Source: Trueperaceae bacterium
GTDB taxonomy: Bacteria; Deinococcota; Deinococci; Deinococcales; Trueperaceae
Direction of reading: 5' to 3'
DNA length: 64,000 nucleotides
Assembly (NCBI GenBank): GCA_034520945.1
Contig: JAXHNB010000010.1
Location: 32,001 to 96,000, forward strand
Below the pieces are notes generated by a model. That model was not told where the DNA came from, did not search any database, and was given only the letters and a program-made list of their open reading frames with translations. A program made the translations under genes and the position numbers. Positions 22,307 through 32,386 of this stretch are shown here, one piece after another (the stretch's first letter is position 1; every line of letters starts with the position of its first letter).

Positions 22307-22857
22307 CAGCGATCCTCATCGTTGCGCATCCGGACAGTCTAGGGGTTCGCCGCGCACGGCACGGTATGCAGAAGTACGCACCGTGCGTGATTCGATCGGC
22401 GCCTCCCTCACCCCGGCGCGCCCCCGGTCCGAGCCCCTCGTGGGCGTCTGCCCCTGCGGAACGGCGCACGGATACGCTCCCGACCGGGCCACGGGCGGCG
22501 TGCACCCAGGCGCCTCCGGCCCGCGCCGCTTCGTCGTCGGCGCATGCGGGTCGGGGACGCCCGGAACGTGCGACCGGTCGCTAGCCTCGCCCCATGGTCT
22601 TCGTACGCGTCAAGCGAACGAGGCGCGATTCGGCGGCGTGCGCCCACCACACGCGGTCCCCGCCTGGGGGCCCACGCGGCCGGCGCGCCGGCGAAATCCT
22701 TCCGCCAGGTACGGCGACGCGCGTACTGCTGTGCGGGGTCGCGTTGTCGCTGTCCCTGTCGGCATGTACACTCGTGTCGAGCGAACCGCGCGTGCCCAGC
22801 GAACCCGTGCAGGCACCCCCGGTCTCGGGCCCTGACATGACGACAGGAGGCCACGCC

Positions 22858-23166
22858 ATGAGCCAAGACGGTCCGTCCGCAGCCGGCATGTCCTACGTGG
22901 TGGACCGCATCGTCGACGGCGCCTGGGCGGTCCTCGAGGACGCGGACGGTGGCACGACCGACCTTCCCGTCGCCTGGCTGCCCGCCGGCGTACAGGAGGG
23001 CGACGTGGTGCGGGTGGACGTCACGACGGCCGCGGGGCTGCCCGACGATGCCGGACGGTCGGTCACCTTCCGACTGGACCGCGACGCGACCGAACGGCGG
23101 CGCGCGGACGCCGCAGCGATGCGTGACCGTCTGCGCCAGGCCCCGGAAGGCGACCTCGACCTCTGA
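22858..23166 (+). CDS. DUF3006 family protein
   Basis: VVDRIVDGAWAVLE...LPAGVQEGDVV...DATERRR; AGGAGG RBS before ATG 22858. Confidence 0.8.
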   Translation: MSQDGPSAAGMSYVVDRIVDGAWAVLEDADGGTTDLPVAWLPAGVQEGDVVRVDVTTAAGLPDDAGRSVTFRLDRDATERRRADAAAMRDRLRQAPEGDLDL

Positions 23167-23168
23167 CG

Positions 23169-24236
23169 ATGCGCGGCCCGACGATGCGTGCGGCCCGGGC
23201 CCTGCTGCTGGGCGCCCTGCTGAGCGTCCTGTCGCTCGCCGCGGCGCTCGAGCTGACCTTCCTCGACGTCGGGCAGGGCCTGTCCGTCCTGATCCGCAGT
23301 CCCAGCGGGCAGGTGGTCCTGTACGACGCCGGTCCGGCCAGCGCGGACGTCGCGCAACGCCTGCAGGCCCTGGGGGTCGACCGCATCGACCTGCTCATCG
23401 CCAGTCACGCCCACAGCGATCACATCGGCGGGATGGCCGACGTGCTGCGCACCTTCCGGCCGCCGAACTACCTGGACAACGGGCTTCCGCACACCACCGC
23501 CACCTTCGAACGGACCCTGCAGGCCGCGATCGACGTCGACGTCGCGCTGCTGTCCCCCGAACGCAGGCGCATCGGCCTGGGCGAGGCGACGCTGCACGTC
23601 GTGCCGCCCCCCGGGGACGAAGGCATGGGGCACAACGCCAACAGCGTCGGCTTGGTGGTGTCGTACGGGACGTTCCGCGCCACGCTCGTCGGCGACGCGG
23701 AACCGGCGCAATGGGCCTGGTGGGGTTCGCGCCACGGCGACCTGCTGTCCGACGTGGACGTGCACGGCGCCGCGCACCACGGCAGCCGCAACGGCGATAC
23801 GCGTCAGGCGCTGGCGCGCCTGACGCCGGCCGTGGTCGTGATCAGTTCCGGGCGGGACAACCGCTACGGCCATCCGCACGCGGAGGCGTTGCGTCGCTAC
23901 CGGGGCGTGGGCGCCGAGGTGTACCGCACCGACCTGCACGGCCGCGTCACGGTGCAGGTGCGGCCCGACGGTACCTACACCGTCGAACCGGAACGGCGGG
24001 CCGACGCACCAGCCCTGGCCGAGGAGAGCGCCGGCGCGGCATGCATCGACGTGAACAACGCTTCGCCGACGCGCCTCACGGAGATCGTGCACATCGGGCC
24101 GAGCCGGGCGGAGGACCTGGTGCGGGAACGGGAGCGGCGCGCCTTCGCGCGCCTGGCGGACCTCACCCGCGTCGACGGCATCGCCGAAGGCCGACTACGC
24201 GACATCCGAGATCAGGGCGTCGCCTGCGTGCCGTGA
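23169..24236 (+). CDS. Secreted ComEC/Rec2-type metallo-beta-lactamase-fold nuclease with C-terminal helix-hairpin-helix domain
   Basis: Signal peptide; FLDVGQG, SHAHSDHIGG, HHGS, NRYGHPH, RTDLHG; C-terminal IDVNNAS...HIGPSRA...VDGI (ComEA-like HhH). Confidence 0.88.
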   Translation: MRGPTMRAARALLLGALLSVLSLAAALELTFLDVGQGLSVLIRSPSGQVVLYDAGPASADVAQRLQALGVDRIDLLIASHAHSDHIGGMADVLRTFRPPNYLDNGLPHTTATFERTLQAAIDVDVALLSPERRRIGLGEATLHVVPPPGDEGMGHNANSVGLVVSYGTFRATLVGDAEPAQWAWWGSRHGDLLSDVDVHGAAHHGSRNGDTRQALARLTPAVVVISSGRDNRYGHPHAEALRRYRGVGAEVYRTDLHGRVTVQVRPDGTYTVEPERRADAPALAEESAGAACIDVNNASPTRLTEIVHIGPSRAEDLVRERERRAFARLADLTRVDGIAEGRLRDIRDQGVACVP

Positions 24237-24884
24237 ACCGCCAGGTTCGGCCAGGAACCAGTCGCGGGCCAGGTCGGCGACGTGTTCCAGCGCGCCCGGC
24301 TCCTCGAACAGGTGGGTCGCGCCCGGCACGACGTCCAGGCGCGTCTCGCAGCGCATGGCGCGCTGCGCGGACTCGTTCAGCTCCAACACCGTGACGTCCA
24401 GGCCGCCCACGATCAGGCACGTCGGCGCGGTCACGCGCCCCAGGTCGTCGCCGGCCAGGTCCGGCCTCCCGCCGCGCGAGACGACGGCGCGCACCGCGTC
24501 GGGCCGGCGGGCGGCCGTCACCAGCGCTGCCGCCGCACCGGTACTGGCGCCGAACAGGCCGAGGGAAAGCGCACGCGTGTCCGGCTCTTCGCCCAGCCAC
24601 GACACGGCGGCCTCCAGCCGGCGCGCCAGAAGGTCGATGTCGAAGCGGTGCTGCCCGGAGCGCGCATCGACGCGTTCTTCGTCCTCGGTCAGCAGGTCCA
24701 GCAGCACCGTCGCGAACCCGGCCTGGTTCAGATGCTCGGCCACGAACCGGTTGCGGGGGCTGTGGCGGCTGCTGCCGCTGCCGTGCGCGAAGAGCACCAC
24801 GCCTCGAGCGTCCTCGAAAAGGGCGAGATCGCCCTCCAACGTCGCGTCGCCTTCGGAGATCCGAACGGTGCGTACGGTCGTCAT
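24195..24884 (-). CDS. Dienelactone hydrolase family alpha/beta hydrolase
   Basis: FAHGSGSSRHSPRN, FGASTGAAAAL, VSRGGRPDLA, GATHLFEE. Confidence 0.88.
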   Translation of the reverse strand: MTTVRTVRISEGDATLEGDLALFEDARGVVLFAHGSGSSRHSPRNRFVAEHLNQAGFATVLLDLLTEDEERVDARSGQHRFDIDLLARRLEAAVSWLGEEPDTRALSLGLFGASTGAAAALVTAARRPDAVRAVVSRGGRPDLAGDDLGRVTAPTCLIVGGLDVTVLELNESAQRAMRCETRLDVVPGATHLFEEPGALEHVADLARDWFLAEPGGSRHAGDALISDVA

Positions 24885-24951
24885 GCCAAACCTCCCCTGC
24901 GTTGCCCTCAGCGTACCGGCTGGGCACGGCTCGTGCCCCGGTGCCGTCCCC

Positions 24952-25746
24952 TCACCCAGGGTGGGAACGCAGGAACGTACGCACCTCGTGTTCGAAGCGT
25001 TCGGGCGCTTCGATGTTCACGACGTGGCCCACTCGCGGCAGGGTGACGCGGGTCGCGGTCGGAATGCCCGCCTCGAGTTCGTCCGCCACGAAGGCCGGGG
25101 AGCGGACGTCGGCGTCGCCGTACAGCAGCAGCGTCGGCACGCGCACCCGGGGCAGCACGTCCCGGAGGTCGGCGTCGGCGAACGCGTGCGCCATGATGCG
25201 GGCTCCGGCGACGTGGTACTCGGACACCATCCTGGTGGTTTCCTCGAGCGCCTCGGGCGTGGCGACGTCCGAGAACAGCGTGGCGACGAACTCCTCCGCC
25301 ATGCGCGCCCGCGGAATCTCGGCCGCCCGTTCGAACGCCGCCACCCGGCGCCGGACCTCCTCCGGCGCCAGCGACCCGCCCCAGCCCGCGTACGCGGACA
25401 CCAGCAGCAGCGACCGCGGAATGGCGGGGTGCCGGCCGTACAGCGCGAGGGCCAGGCCGCCTCCGAACGACAACCCCAACACGTGGGGTCGGTCCAACCC
25501 CACGGCTTCTACGAACGCGGCGAGGCAATCGGCGTAATCGTCCATGCCGAACGACGCGGGCGGGTCCGAGGACTGGCCGCACCCCGGCGCGTCCCACGCC
25601 ACGACCGTGTACGCGTCCGAGAGAGCATTCGCTTCTCGCCGCCACGCGCGGCTGTCCGCCATGCCGCCGTGCAGCAGCAGCAACGGCGGGCCTTCGCCTT
25701 GCGTCCGGTACGCGATGCGCAATCCTTCGACGTCGACGGACCTCAT
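24952..25746 (-). CDS. Alpha/beta fold hydrolase
   Basis: LLLHGG, WDAPGCGQS, GLSFGG nucleophile elbow, GHVVN; GGAGGAGG RBS. Confidence 0.9.
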   Translation of the reverse strand: MRSVDVEGLRIAYRTQGEGPPLLLLHGGMADSRAWRREANALSDAYTVVAWDAPGCGQSSDPPASFGMDDYADCLAAFVEAVGLDRPHVLGLSFGGGLALALYGRHPAIPRSLLLVSAYAGWGGSLAPEEVRRRVAAFERAAEIPRARMAEEFVATLFSDVATPEALEETTRMVSEYHVAGARIMAHAFADADLRDVLPRVRVPTLLLYGDADVRSPAFVADELEAGIPTATRVTLPRVGHVVNIEAPERFEHEVRTFLRSHPG

Positions 25747-25795
25747 CCGTGCCCCTCCTCCCCTGCCGGGGCGCGACCGATCGTCGCGCAAAGCC

Positions 25796-25824
25796 TTGCG
25801 CCCGCCCCGGCATGACAGTATGCT
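25796..25824 (+). promoter_or_regulatory. Sigma70-type promoter of csp, giving a ~120-nt 5'UTR
   Basis: TTGCGC-17 bp-TATGCT. Confidence 0.6.
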
Positions 25825-25949
25825 ACAGCGTTACTGAAGATCGTCGCACCGACCTTTTTCGTGACGAACAGCGCGGGATTCGTCCCGCCAACTTCAATTG
25901 CGCCCACGCACACGCAGTGGCGGTGCGTCGGGCGGTTTAAGGAATGGGC

Positions 25950-26201
25950 ATGGCTAACGGAAACGTCAAATGGTTCAACAACGAAAAGGGCTTCGGGTTC
26001 ATCGCACCAGAGGGTGGCGGGGACGATCTGTTCGTTCACTTCAGCGCCATTCAGGGGCAGGGCTTCAAGAGCCTCGATGAAGGCGACGAGGTCGAGTTCA
26101 CGGTGGGACAGGGCCAGAAGGGCCCCCAGGCCCAGAACGTCAGCGTCACCCGCAAGGGTGCCGGTGGCGGCAACGGCGGCGGCGGGCGGCAGCGCTTCTA
26201 A
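25950..26201 (+). CDS. Cold-shock protein with Gly-rich C-terminal tail
   Basis: [15 protein letters not shown] (RNP1), DLFVHFSAI (RNP2), [16 protein letters not shown]. Confidence 0.96.
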   Translation: MANGNVKWFNNEKGFGFIAPEGGGDDLFVHFSAIQGQGFKSLDEGDEVEFTVGQGQKGPQAQNVSVTRKGAGGGNGGGGRQRF

Positions 26202-26222
26202 GCGCCCTACCCTTGCGACACC

Positions 26223-26250
26223 ACGAGCCCCGGCGTGCGCCGGGGCTCGT
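26223..26250 (+). terminator. Intrinsic terminator after csp
   Basis: ACGAGCCCCGGCG-TG-CGCCGGGGCTCGT followed by TACGTT. Confidence 0.7.
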
Positions 26251-26424
26251 TACGTTGCGCCGCCCACAGGCCCCGCGGCGGGCGGCACCGACCCGCCCGC
26301 CGCGGGCCGCGTCGCGTCACGCCACACGCAGACCGTACATACAGTGTATGCTCAGCGAGCTTGCATCGAATTCTCAGTCAAAGCGTGCGACTTGGCTGGT
26401 GCGGTAGCTAGCCAGGAGGCACTC

Positions 26425-27726
26425 ATGTCATTCGAAACGTTTCAGTTGGACGCCCGCGTTCGCGCCGGTGTCGACGCCGCGGGGTACGTCACCCCCACAT
26501 CCATTCAGGAACAGACCGTACCTGCCGCCGTCGCCGGACGGGACGTGCTGGGCTTGGCGCAAACCGGCACCGGCAAGACGGCCGCGTTCGTACTGCCCAT
26601 GCTGAACCGGCTCATTGACGGCCCCCGCGGCCGTACCCGCGCGCTGGTCGTCGCGCCGACGCGCGAGTTGGCGGAACAGATTCACGCCGAGATCACCACG
26701 CTGGGCAAGAAGACGGGCCTTCGCAGCGCCACCGTGTACGGCGGCGTCGGCAAGGTTCCCCAGGTGCGCGCCCTCCGCGGCGGCGCTGACATCATCGTGG
26801 CGTGCCCCGGTCGCCTGCTGGACCACCTGCGCCACGGCGACGGCAGCCTCGCCAAGGTCGAGGTGCTGGTCCTCGACGAAGCGGACCACATGTTCGACAT
26901 GGGGTTCCTGCCCGACGTGCGCACGATCGTGAAGCAGGTGCCGAGCGGCGCGCAGCGGCTGCTGTTCTCCGCCACCATGCCCGCCGAGCTGCGCCACCTC
27001 GCCGCGGATGTCCTGCACGACCCCGTCACGGTCGAGATCGGGCACAGCGCGCCGGCCAAGACGGTCGAGCATGCGCTCTACCCCGTCGAGAAGCAGCACA
27101 AGACCCGCCTGTTGAAGCACCTGCTGGGGTCGGACGACATGCGTTCGGCCCTGGTGTTCACGCGCACCAAGCGCGGCGCCAAGCGTCTGGCCGAGCAGCT
27201 GGAACGCGACGACTTCAACGCCACCTCCTTGCAGGGGAACCTGTCGCAGAACAAGCGTCAACGGGCGTTGGACGGCTTTCGTGACGGGCGCCATGACGTG
27301 CTGGTCGCGACCGACATCGCCTCCCGCGGGATCGACGTCACCCGCGTGTCGCACGTCATCAACTACGACGTGCCGACCACCGCCGACGCCTACACGCACC
27401 GCATCGGCCGTACCGGCCGCGCGGAACGAAGCGGCGAGGCGTACACCCTGGTCACGCACGAGGACGAGAAGATGATCCGCGACATCGAACGGACGCTCGG
27501 CACGCGCCTGGAGCGCGTCCACCTCGACGGCTACGGCGGTCACGCCACCCCGGCGGCCCCGACGGGTTCTCCGGGGAACGGCCCCGGCCGCAACCGCGGT
27601 GGCGGCGGGGCTCGAGGCGCCGGCAATTCCTCGAACCATGCGCGAGGCAACCGGCGGGGCGGTTCCGGTCGCGGACGCGATCCGTCCGGCCGACGCGGCA
27701 CGGCGCCGCGCAACGACAAGGCCTGA
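26425..27726 (+). CDS. DEAD-box RNA helicase (RhlE-like)
   Basis: Q motif, AQTGTGKT, PTRELA, DEAD, SAT, HRIGRTGR; Arg/Gly-rich tail; GGAGG RBS. Confidence 0.96.
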   Translation: MSFETFQLDARVRAGVDAAGYVTPTSIQEQTVPAAVAGRDVLGLAQTGTGKTAAFVLPMLNRLIDGPRGRTRALVVAPTRELAEQIHAEITTLGKKTGLRSATVYGGVGKVPQVRALRGGADIIVACPGRLLDHLRHGDGSLAKVEVLVLDEADHMFDMGFLPDVRTIVKQVPSGAQRLLFSATMPAELRHLAADVLHDPVTVEIGHSAPAKTVEHALYPVEKQHKTRLLKHLLGSDDMRSALVFTRTKRGAKRLAEQLERDDFNATSLQGNLSQNKRQRALDGFRDGRHDVLVATDIASRGIDVTRVSHVINYDVPTTADAYTHRIGRTGRAERSGEAYTLVTHEDEKMIRDIERTLGTRLERVHLDGYGGHATPAAPTGSPGNGPGRNRGGGGARGAGNSSNHARGNRRGGSGRGRDPSGRRGTAPRNDKA

Positions 27727-27766
27727 CCCCGCCCGCTCCGTACCCACCGGTACGGCATCAAGCCAA

Positions 27767-27795
27767 GCGCGCCCCGTCCTTGCGACGGGGCGCGC
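27767..27795. terminator. Hairpin downstream of the DEAD helicase
   Basis: GCGCGCCCCGTC-CTTGC-GACGGGGCGCGC 12-bp stem. Confidence 0.6.
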
Positions 27796-27920
27796 GCGTC
27801 GGTCGCGCGGACCGGCGGAGGCTTGTAGGCTGGACCCCATGAGCTGCCGTCATTGCCGGGATCCCGGGCTCGTCCCTGCCGCAGGTACCCCAATGAGCAC
27901 CTGAGGTGCCTACCGGCCGA

Positions 27921-28121
27921 TCACTCCGATCCCTGGCTCCGCCGTGCGCTCTCGACACCGGCGCCGATCAACAGGCCAGCCGCTGCGCAGATCCCCACCA
28001 GAACGAACGCCATCGCGTCCCCGGTTACGGAGAAGAGGACGGTCGACACCCCACCTCCGAGCACGATGCCTGCGAGCAGACCGAGGGCGGCGGGTCGATG
28101 ATTCGTCGAGGGGCGCGCCAT
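27921..28121 (-). CDS. Small (66 aa) two-TM membrane protein
   Basis: GGAG RBS 7 nt before ATG; two Gly-rich hydrophobic helices. Confidence 0.6.
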   Translation of the reverse strand: MARPSTNHRPAALGLLAGIVLGGGVSTVLFSVTGDAMAFVLVGICAAAGLLIGAGVESARRSQGSE

Positions 28122-28408
28122 CTGCTGTCTCCCGTTCCTACGTGAAGGTCCTCGCGAATCGATGTCCCTGGGGGTCGTGAGGGAGGACCGTCCCGGGGGT
28201 GCGTAGTGGCGGTGTTCAGCCCGTGCCTCGACGCCCGTGTGCCTGGAGTATGCCGCTCCCGCGCCGTGGTCGGGAGTGGCGAACGTCCCCCGCGCGCACG
28301 CCGCCCCCGCATCCCGGACGCCCCCGCCGGGCGTTGCCGCGCGGTAGGCTGTCCGGTCGAACGGCGCGGCCGAGCCCGCGCCCACCCTGTCCCCTTAGGA
28401 GTCGCTGC

Positions 28409-30016
28409 ATGTCCGACGAACGCGCCGCCCCTGCATCGTCCACCGCTGAGATCGCCCGGCGGCGCACCTTCGCGATCATCTCGCACCCCGACGCCGGCAA
28501 GACCACGCTGACCGAGAAGCTGCTGCTGTACGCCGGCGCGGTCCGCGAGGCCGGCGCGGTGGCGGGCAAGGCCGGCACCAAGCACGTCACCAGCGACTGG
28601 ATGTCGATGGAACGGAGCCGCGGCATCTCCGTCAGCTCCGCCGCCATGCGGATCGACTACCAGGGGCACGTGCTGAACCTGCTGGACACGCCCGGGCACC
28701 AGGACTTCAGCGAGGACACCTACCGGACGCTCACCGCCGCGGACAGCGCCGTGATGCTGTTGGACGCCGCCCGCGGGGTGCAGGAACAGACCGAGAAGCT
28801 GTTCGCGGTGGCGCGGCGGCGCGGGCTGCCGGTGTTCACGTTCGTGAACAAGCTCGATCGCCCCGCCCTCGACCCCGTCGCGCTGCTGGACGAGATCGAG
28901 TCCACCCTGGGCCTGTCCGCGTCGCCGGTCACCTGGCCGATCGGGGACGGGCCCGATTTTCGCGGCGTGTACGAACGCCCCACACGGCAGGTGCACCTGT
29001 TCGAGCGGACGGCCCGCAACGCGCGGCCCGCGCCGGTGTCGACGTCGGGGGTGGACGACCCCAAGCTGGCCGATCTGATCGGTGAACGCGCGCACGCGCA
29101 GTTGCAGGAGCACATCGCGTTCGTGGACGAGGTGCTGCCCCCACTCGACCCGGCGGAGGTGCTGGACGGCACGATCTCCCCCGTGTTCTTCGGGAGCGTG
29201 TTGACCAACTTCGGGGTCGAGCCGTTCCTGCGGCGCTTCCTCGAGTTGGCGCCCCCGCCCGGCGGCGTGGACGTGGTCGGGGGGCGGCTGGAGCCGACCG
29301 ACGACGACTTCGCGGCGTTCGTGTTCAAGCTGCAGGCCAACATGGACCGCAACCACCGCGACCGCACCGCCTTCGTACGGATCGTGTCCGGACGGTTCGA
29401 ACGCGGCATGCACGTGGTGCACGCCCGCAGCGGCCGGCAGTTGAAGCTGGCGCGCGCGCACGCCCTGTTCGGCAAGGAACGCGTCACCGTCGAGGAGGCG
29501 TGGCCCGGTGACGTGCTGGGCTTGATCGTGCCGGGCGCGTTCCGCATCGGGGACGTGCTGTCGTCCCGGCCGAACGTGGAGCTCGTGCGGTTCCCACGGT
29601 TCGCACCGGAGTCGTTCGCGACCGTGCGGCCGCGCAGCGCGGATCGGCGCAAAGCGTTCCGCAAGGGCCTCGAGCAGCTCGGGGACGAGGGCGTGGTGCA
29701 GGTGTTCCACCCCGCGCAGGGGGCCCGCGATCCGATCCTCGGCGCGGTCGGACCGCTGCAGTTCGACGTGTTCCGGCACCGCATGTTGGAGGAGTACGGC
29801 GTCGAGACCGACATGGACGTCGAGCCGCACCGCATGGTGCGCTGGTTGTCGCACGAGCCGGTGCCGGCGCCCCGGGCCGCCAAGCTGGCCGTCGACGCTG
29901 ACGGCGCGCCCGTCGCGCTGTTCCGCGGCGAACACGACGTGCGCTGGTTCGCGGAGGACCACCCGGACGTGGAGGTGCGGGCCTTGCCCGGTGGGCACGA
30001 GGTGGTTCGCCTGTGA
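28409..30016 (+). CDS. prfC: Peptide chain release factor 3
   Basis: [66 protein letters not shown]. Confidence 0.96.
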   Translation: MSDERAAPASSTAEIARRRTFAIISHPDAGKTTLTEKLLLYAGAVREAGAVAGKAGTKHVTSDWMSMERSRGISVSSAAMRIDYQGHVLNLLDTPGHQDFSEDTYRTLTAADSAVMLLDAARGVQEQTEKLFAVARRRGLPVFTFVNKLDRPALDPVALLDEIESTLGLSASPVTWPIGDGPDFRGVYERPTRQVHLFERTARNARPAPVSTSGVDDPKLADLIGERAHAQLQEHIAFVDEVLPPLDPAEVLDGTISPVFFGSVLTNFGVEPFLRRFLELAPPPGGVDVVGGRLEPTDDDFAAFVFKLQANMDRNHRDRTAFVRIVSGRFERGMHVVHARSGRQLKLARAHALFGKERVTVEEAWPGDVLGLIVPGAFRIGDVLSSRPNVELVRFPRFAPESFATVRPRSADRRKAFRKGLEQLGDEGVVQVFHPAQGARDPILGAVGPLQFDVFRHRMLEEYGVETDMDVEPHRMVRWLSHEPVPAPRAAKLAVDADGAPVALFRGEHDVRWFAEDHPDVEVRALPGGHEVVRL

Positions 30017-30486
30017 ACGGCCCAGGCGATCCGGAGGCCCACCGGCGTCCCCGCCGCGTCGTGACGGACCTGGACGGCACCCTTGCCGACGTGACGCACC
30101 GCCTGCACTACATCCACCGGCCCGAGCCGGACTGGGACGGCTTCTACCTGGCGTGCGGCGAAGACGCCCCGATCGAGAACACGCTGGTGGTGTTGCGGAC
30201 CCTGCATGGGGCTGGGTACGAGGTGGTGATCGTCAGCGGCCGTAGCGACCTGGCACGGGCGGAGACGGTGGCGTGGCTGGCCCGCCATGACGTCCCCTAC
30301 GACGCGTTGGTGTTGCGGCGGCACGGCGACCCGCGTCACGACGACGAGGTCAAGGCCGAGATGGTCGCCGCGCACGGCCTCACGCCCGAGGAGACGCTGG
30401 TGGTGCTGGAGGACCGCGCCAGCGTGGTGAAGATGTGGCGGCGGCTCGGCTTCCACGTCTTCCAGGTGGACGACGGCGACTTCTAG
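30013..30486 (+). CDS. HAD phosphatase resembling the 3'-phosphatase domain of T4-type polynucleotide kinase
   Basis: [40 protein letters not shown] overlap with the prfC stop. Confidence 0.78.
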   Translation: MNGPGDPEAHRRPRRVVTDLDGTLADVTHRLHYIHRPEPDWDGFYLACGEDAPIENTLVVLRTLHGAGYEVVIVSGRSDLARAETVAWLARHDVPYDALVLRRHGDPRHDDEVKAEMVAAHGLTPEETLVVLEDRASVVKMWRRLGFHVFQVDDGDF

Positions 30487-30537
30487 CCTTCGACCGGCAG
30501 GGACGGCGCGCTCACCGGTCCGGCCAACCGGCGGTGC

Positions 30538-31560
30538 TCAGTAGCTGGGCACGCCGCCCGATCCGGCCTTGACGCCGAATTCACGTCGATAGCGGGTGGT
30601 GATCTCGTGCACCCGATGCGCCAACGCCGGATCGGGCTTGGGGCCTTCCACGGCGCGGATCGCCTCCGCGAGCCGGTCGGGGTCGTTGATGCTCACCACC
30701 GTGGTGGCGATCAGCGGGTCGCACAACGAGAACCGCAACGCGAAGTCCGTCCACGACCCGATCTGGAGGCCCTGTTCCTCTGCCAGTAGGCCCCGCACCT
30801 CGCTGAGGTGATCGTACGCCCGGTCCCACAACGGTTCGCGCTTGGGGTCGTCCTGTGGCAGTCCCTCCCGGTCGATCCGTGGGTCGGTGAGGAGGCCCGC
30901 CAGCAGGGGGCGAATCCCGATGAAGCCCATGCCGCGCTGGCGCATGTCGGGGAACAGGTCCAACATTTCCGTCTCGAGCAGGTCGAAGTACGCCACCACG
31001 CCTTCGAATGCGCCGCTGTCGATCGCCGCCTTGGCGTAGCCCACGGTGTACGGGAACGTCGTCAGGTAGCTCACCAACCCCTCGTCCCGCAGCTCGTCGA
31101 ACACCTCCTGCAGGGGCTCCAGCACGAGCGGCAGGTCGGCCAGGCGGGGCGGCTCCCCGCGGGCGTCGTAGCCGAGCGCGGGATCCACCTCGCCGCGTTG
31201 CAGGTGCTGCACCACGTCGATGCGTTCGGCGCCCAGCTCCTTCAGCGCCCCTTCGATCTTCTGGCGGAAGGCGCGCTTGTTGAACACGCGCTGGCCCCAG
31301 TCGGGCTCGTTGACTTTGATCACGTGGCGCACGTCGTGCCGTTGCGGGTGGCGCGCCAGCACCTCCCCCACCGCCCAGCGGGTGCCGTACTCCTCGCTGG
31401 AGTGCACCACGTTCACGCCCTGCTCCAAGGCCATCTCGAGCGCCCGCATGCCTCGCTGGCTCTGCGCGTCCTGGCCTGGCTGCTTGGCGGCGAAGCGCAT
31501 CGTTCCGAAACACAGTTCGGACAACGTCAACTCCGTGTCTCCGAATCGTCGTAGCTGCAT
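30538..31560 (-). CDS. Aldo/keto reductase family protein
   Basis: RRFGDTELTLSELCFGTM, LKELGAERIDVVQ, IRPLLAGLLT; AAGGAG RBS. Confidence 0.85.
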   Translation of the reverse strand: MQLRRFGDTELTLSELCFGTMRFAAKQPGQDAQSQRGMRALEMALEQGVNVVHSSEEYGTRWAVGEVLARHPQRHDVRHVIKVNEPDWGQRVFNKRAFRQKIEGALKELGAERIDVVQHLQRGEVDPALGYDARGEPPRLADLPLVLEPLQEVFDELRDEGLVSYLTTFPYTVGYAKAAIDSGAFEGVVAYFDLLETEMLDLFPDMRQRGMGFIGIRPLLAGLLTDPRIDREGLPQDDPKREPLWDRAYDHLSEVRGLLAEEQGLQIGSWTDFALRFSLCDPLIATTVVSINDPDRLAEAIRAVEGPKPDPALAHRVHEITTRYRREFGVKAGSGGVPSY

Positions 31561-31782
31561 GGGGATCTCCTTCGCGTGCGCCGTAGCTCGGGGGCAGTCC
31601 TGCCTCGAGCCTACCGGAGGGCGCGTGGAGGTGCCGTCCGCCGGGCGCCGCCGCACGGGGCGTCCGCCAGCAGCGCGCGCGACCTGCGTGCGGTACCGTC
31701 CCGTGAGCCTCCCGGCCGCGCCTGTCAAGGCGGGGCCCCGCGACACTCGCCCCGAAGGGGGCGCCCCGTGAAAGGCAGTCCG

Positions 31783-32382
31783 GTGAACATCTCCCTTCTT
31801 CTGGCCCACCCGAACCCCGAGAGCTTCAATCACGCGCTGGCCGAAGCGGCCGCCGCCGCGCTGAGAGGCGCAGGCCACGAGGTGGCCTTCCACGACCTGC
31901 AAGCCGAAGGGTTCGATCCCGTCATGACCGCCCGTGAGGTGCGCGAGCACCGCTCGGACGATCCCCTTGTCGAGCGGCACTGCGACGAGCTCCGGCACGC
32001 CGGCGGGCTGGTCGTGGTGCACCCCGTGTGGTTCGACCAACCGCCGGCGATCCTGAAGGGCTGGATCGACCGGGTGGTGCGCCAGGAGACCGCGTTCCGG
32101 CGCACGCCCGACGGCCGGGTCGAAGGGCTCCTCGGCGTGGGCCGGGCGCTGCTGATCCACACCGCCAACATGCGTCCCCGCGACGAGGCGTCCGACCCGC
32201 TGGTGACGTTCTGGCGCACCGTGCTGGACCCGTGCGGCGTCACGGACGTGCGCCGCACGCTATTGGCGCCGGTCGTCACCAGCACGCACGAGCAGCGGGC
32301 CGCCTGGCTGCGCGAGGTGGCGGAGCAGGTCGCGGCGGCGTTCCCGGCGGCCGATCCTGGCGCGGCGCCCCGGGAGGATTGA
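31783..32382 (+). CDS. Flavodoxin-fold NAD(P)H:quinone oxidoreductase (MdaB/KefF-like)
   Basis: AHPNPESFNHAL, DLQAEGFDPV, HPVWFDQPPAILKGWIDRV. Confidence 0.88.
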   Translation: MNISLLLAHPNPESFNHALAEAAAAALRGAGHEVAFHDLQAEGFDPVMTAREVREHRSDDPLVERHCDELRHAGGLVVVHPVWFDQPPAILKGWIDRVVRQETAFRRTPDGRVEGLLGVGRALLIHTANMRPRDEASDPLVTFWRTVLDPCGVTDVRRTLLAPVVTSTHEQRAAWLREVAEQVAAAFPAADPGAAPRED

Positions 32383-32386
32383 GGGG

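Noticed and set aside
17064..25000. Intact integrative element or prophage at tRNA-Pro
   Set aside because: No integrase, transposase, phage gene or duplicated att sequence seen; only a small remnant is supported
25861..26424. Apparent 188-aa N-terminal extension of the DEAD helicase spanning csp
   Set aside because: Different frame from csp, crosses the csp terminator, and the helicase has its own SD and ATG at 26425
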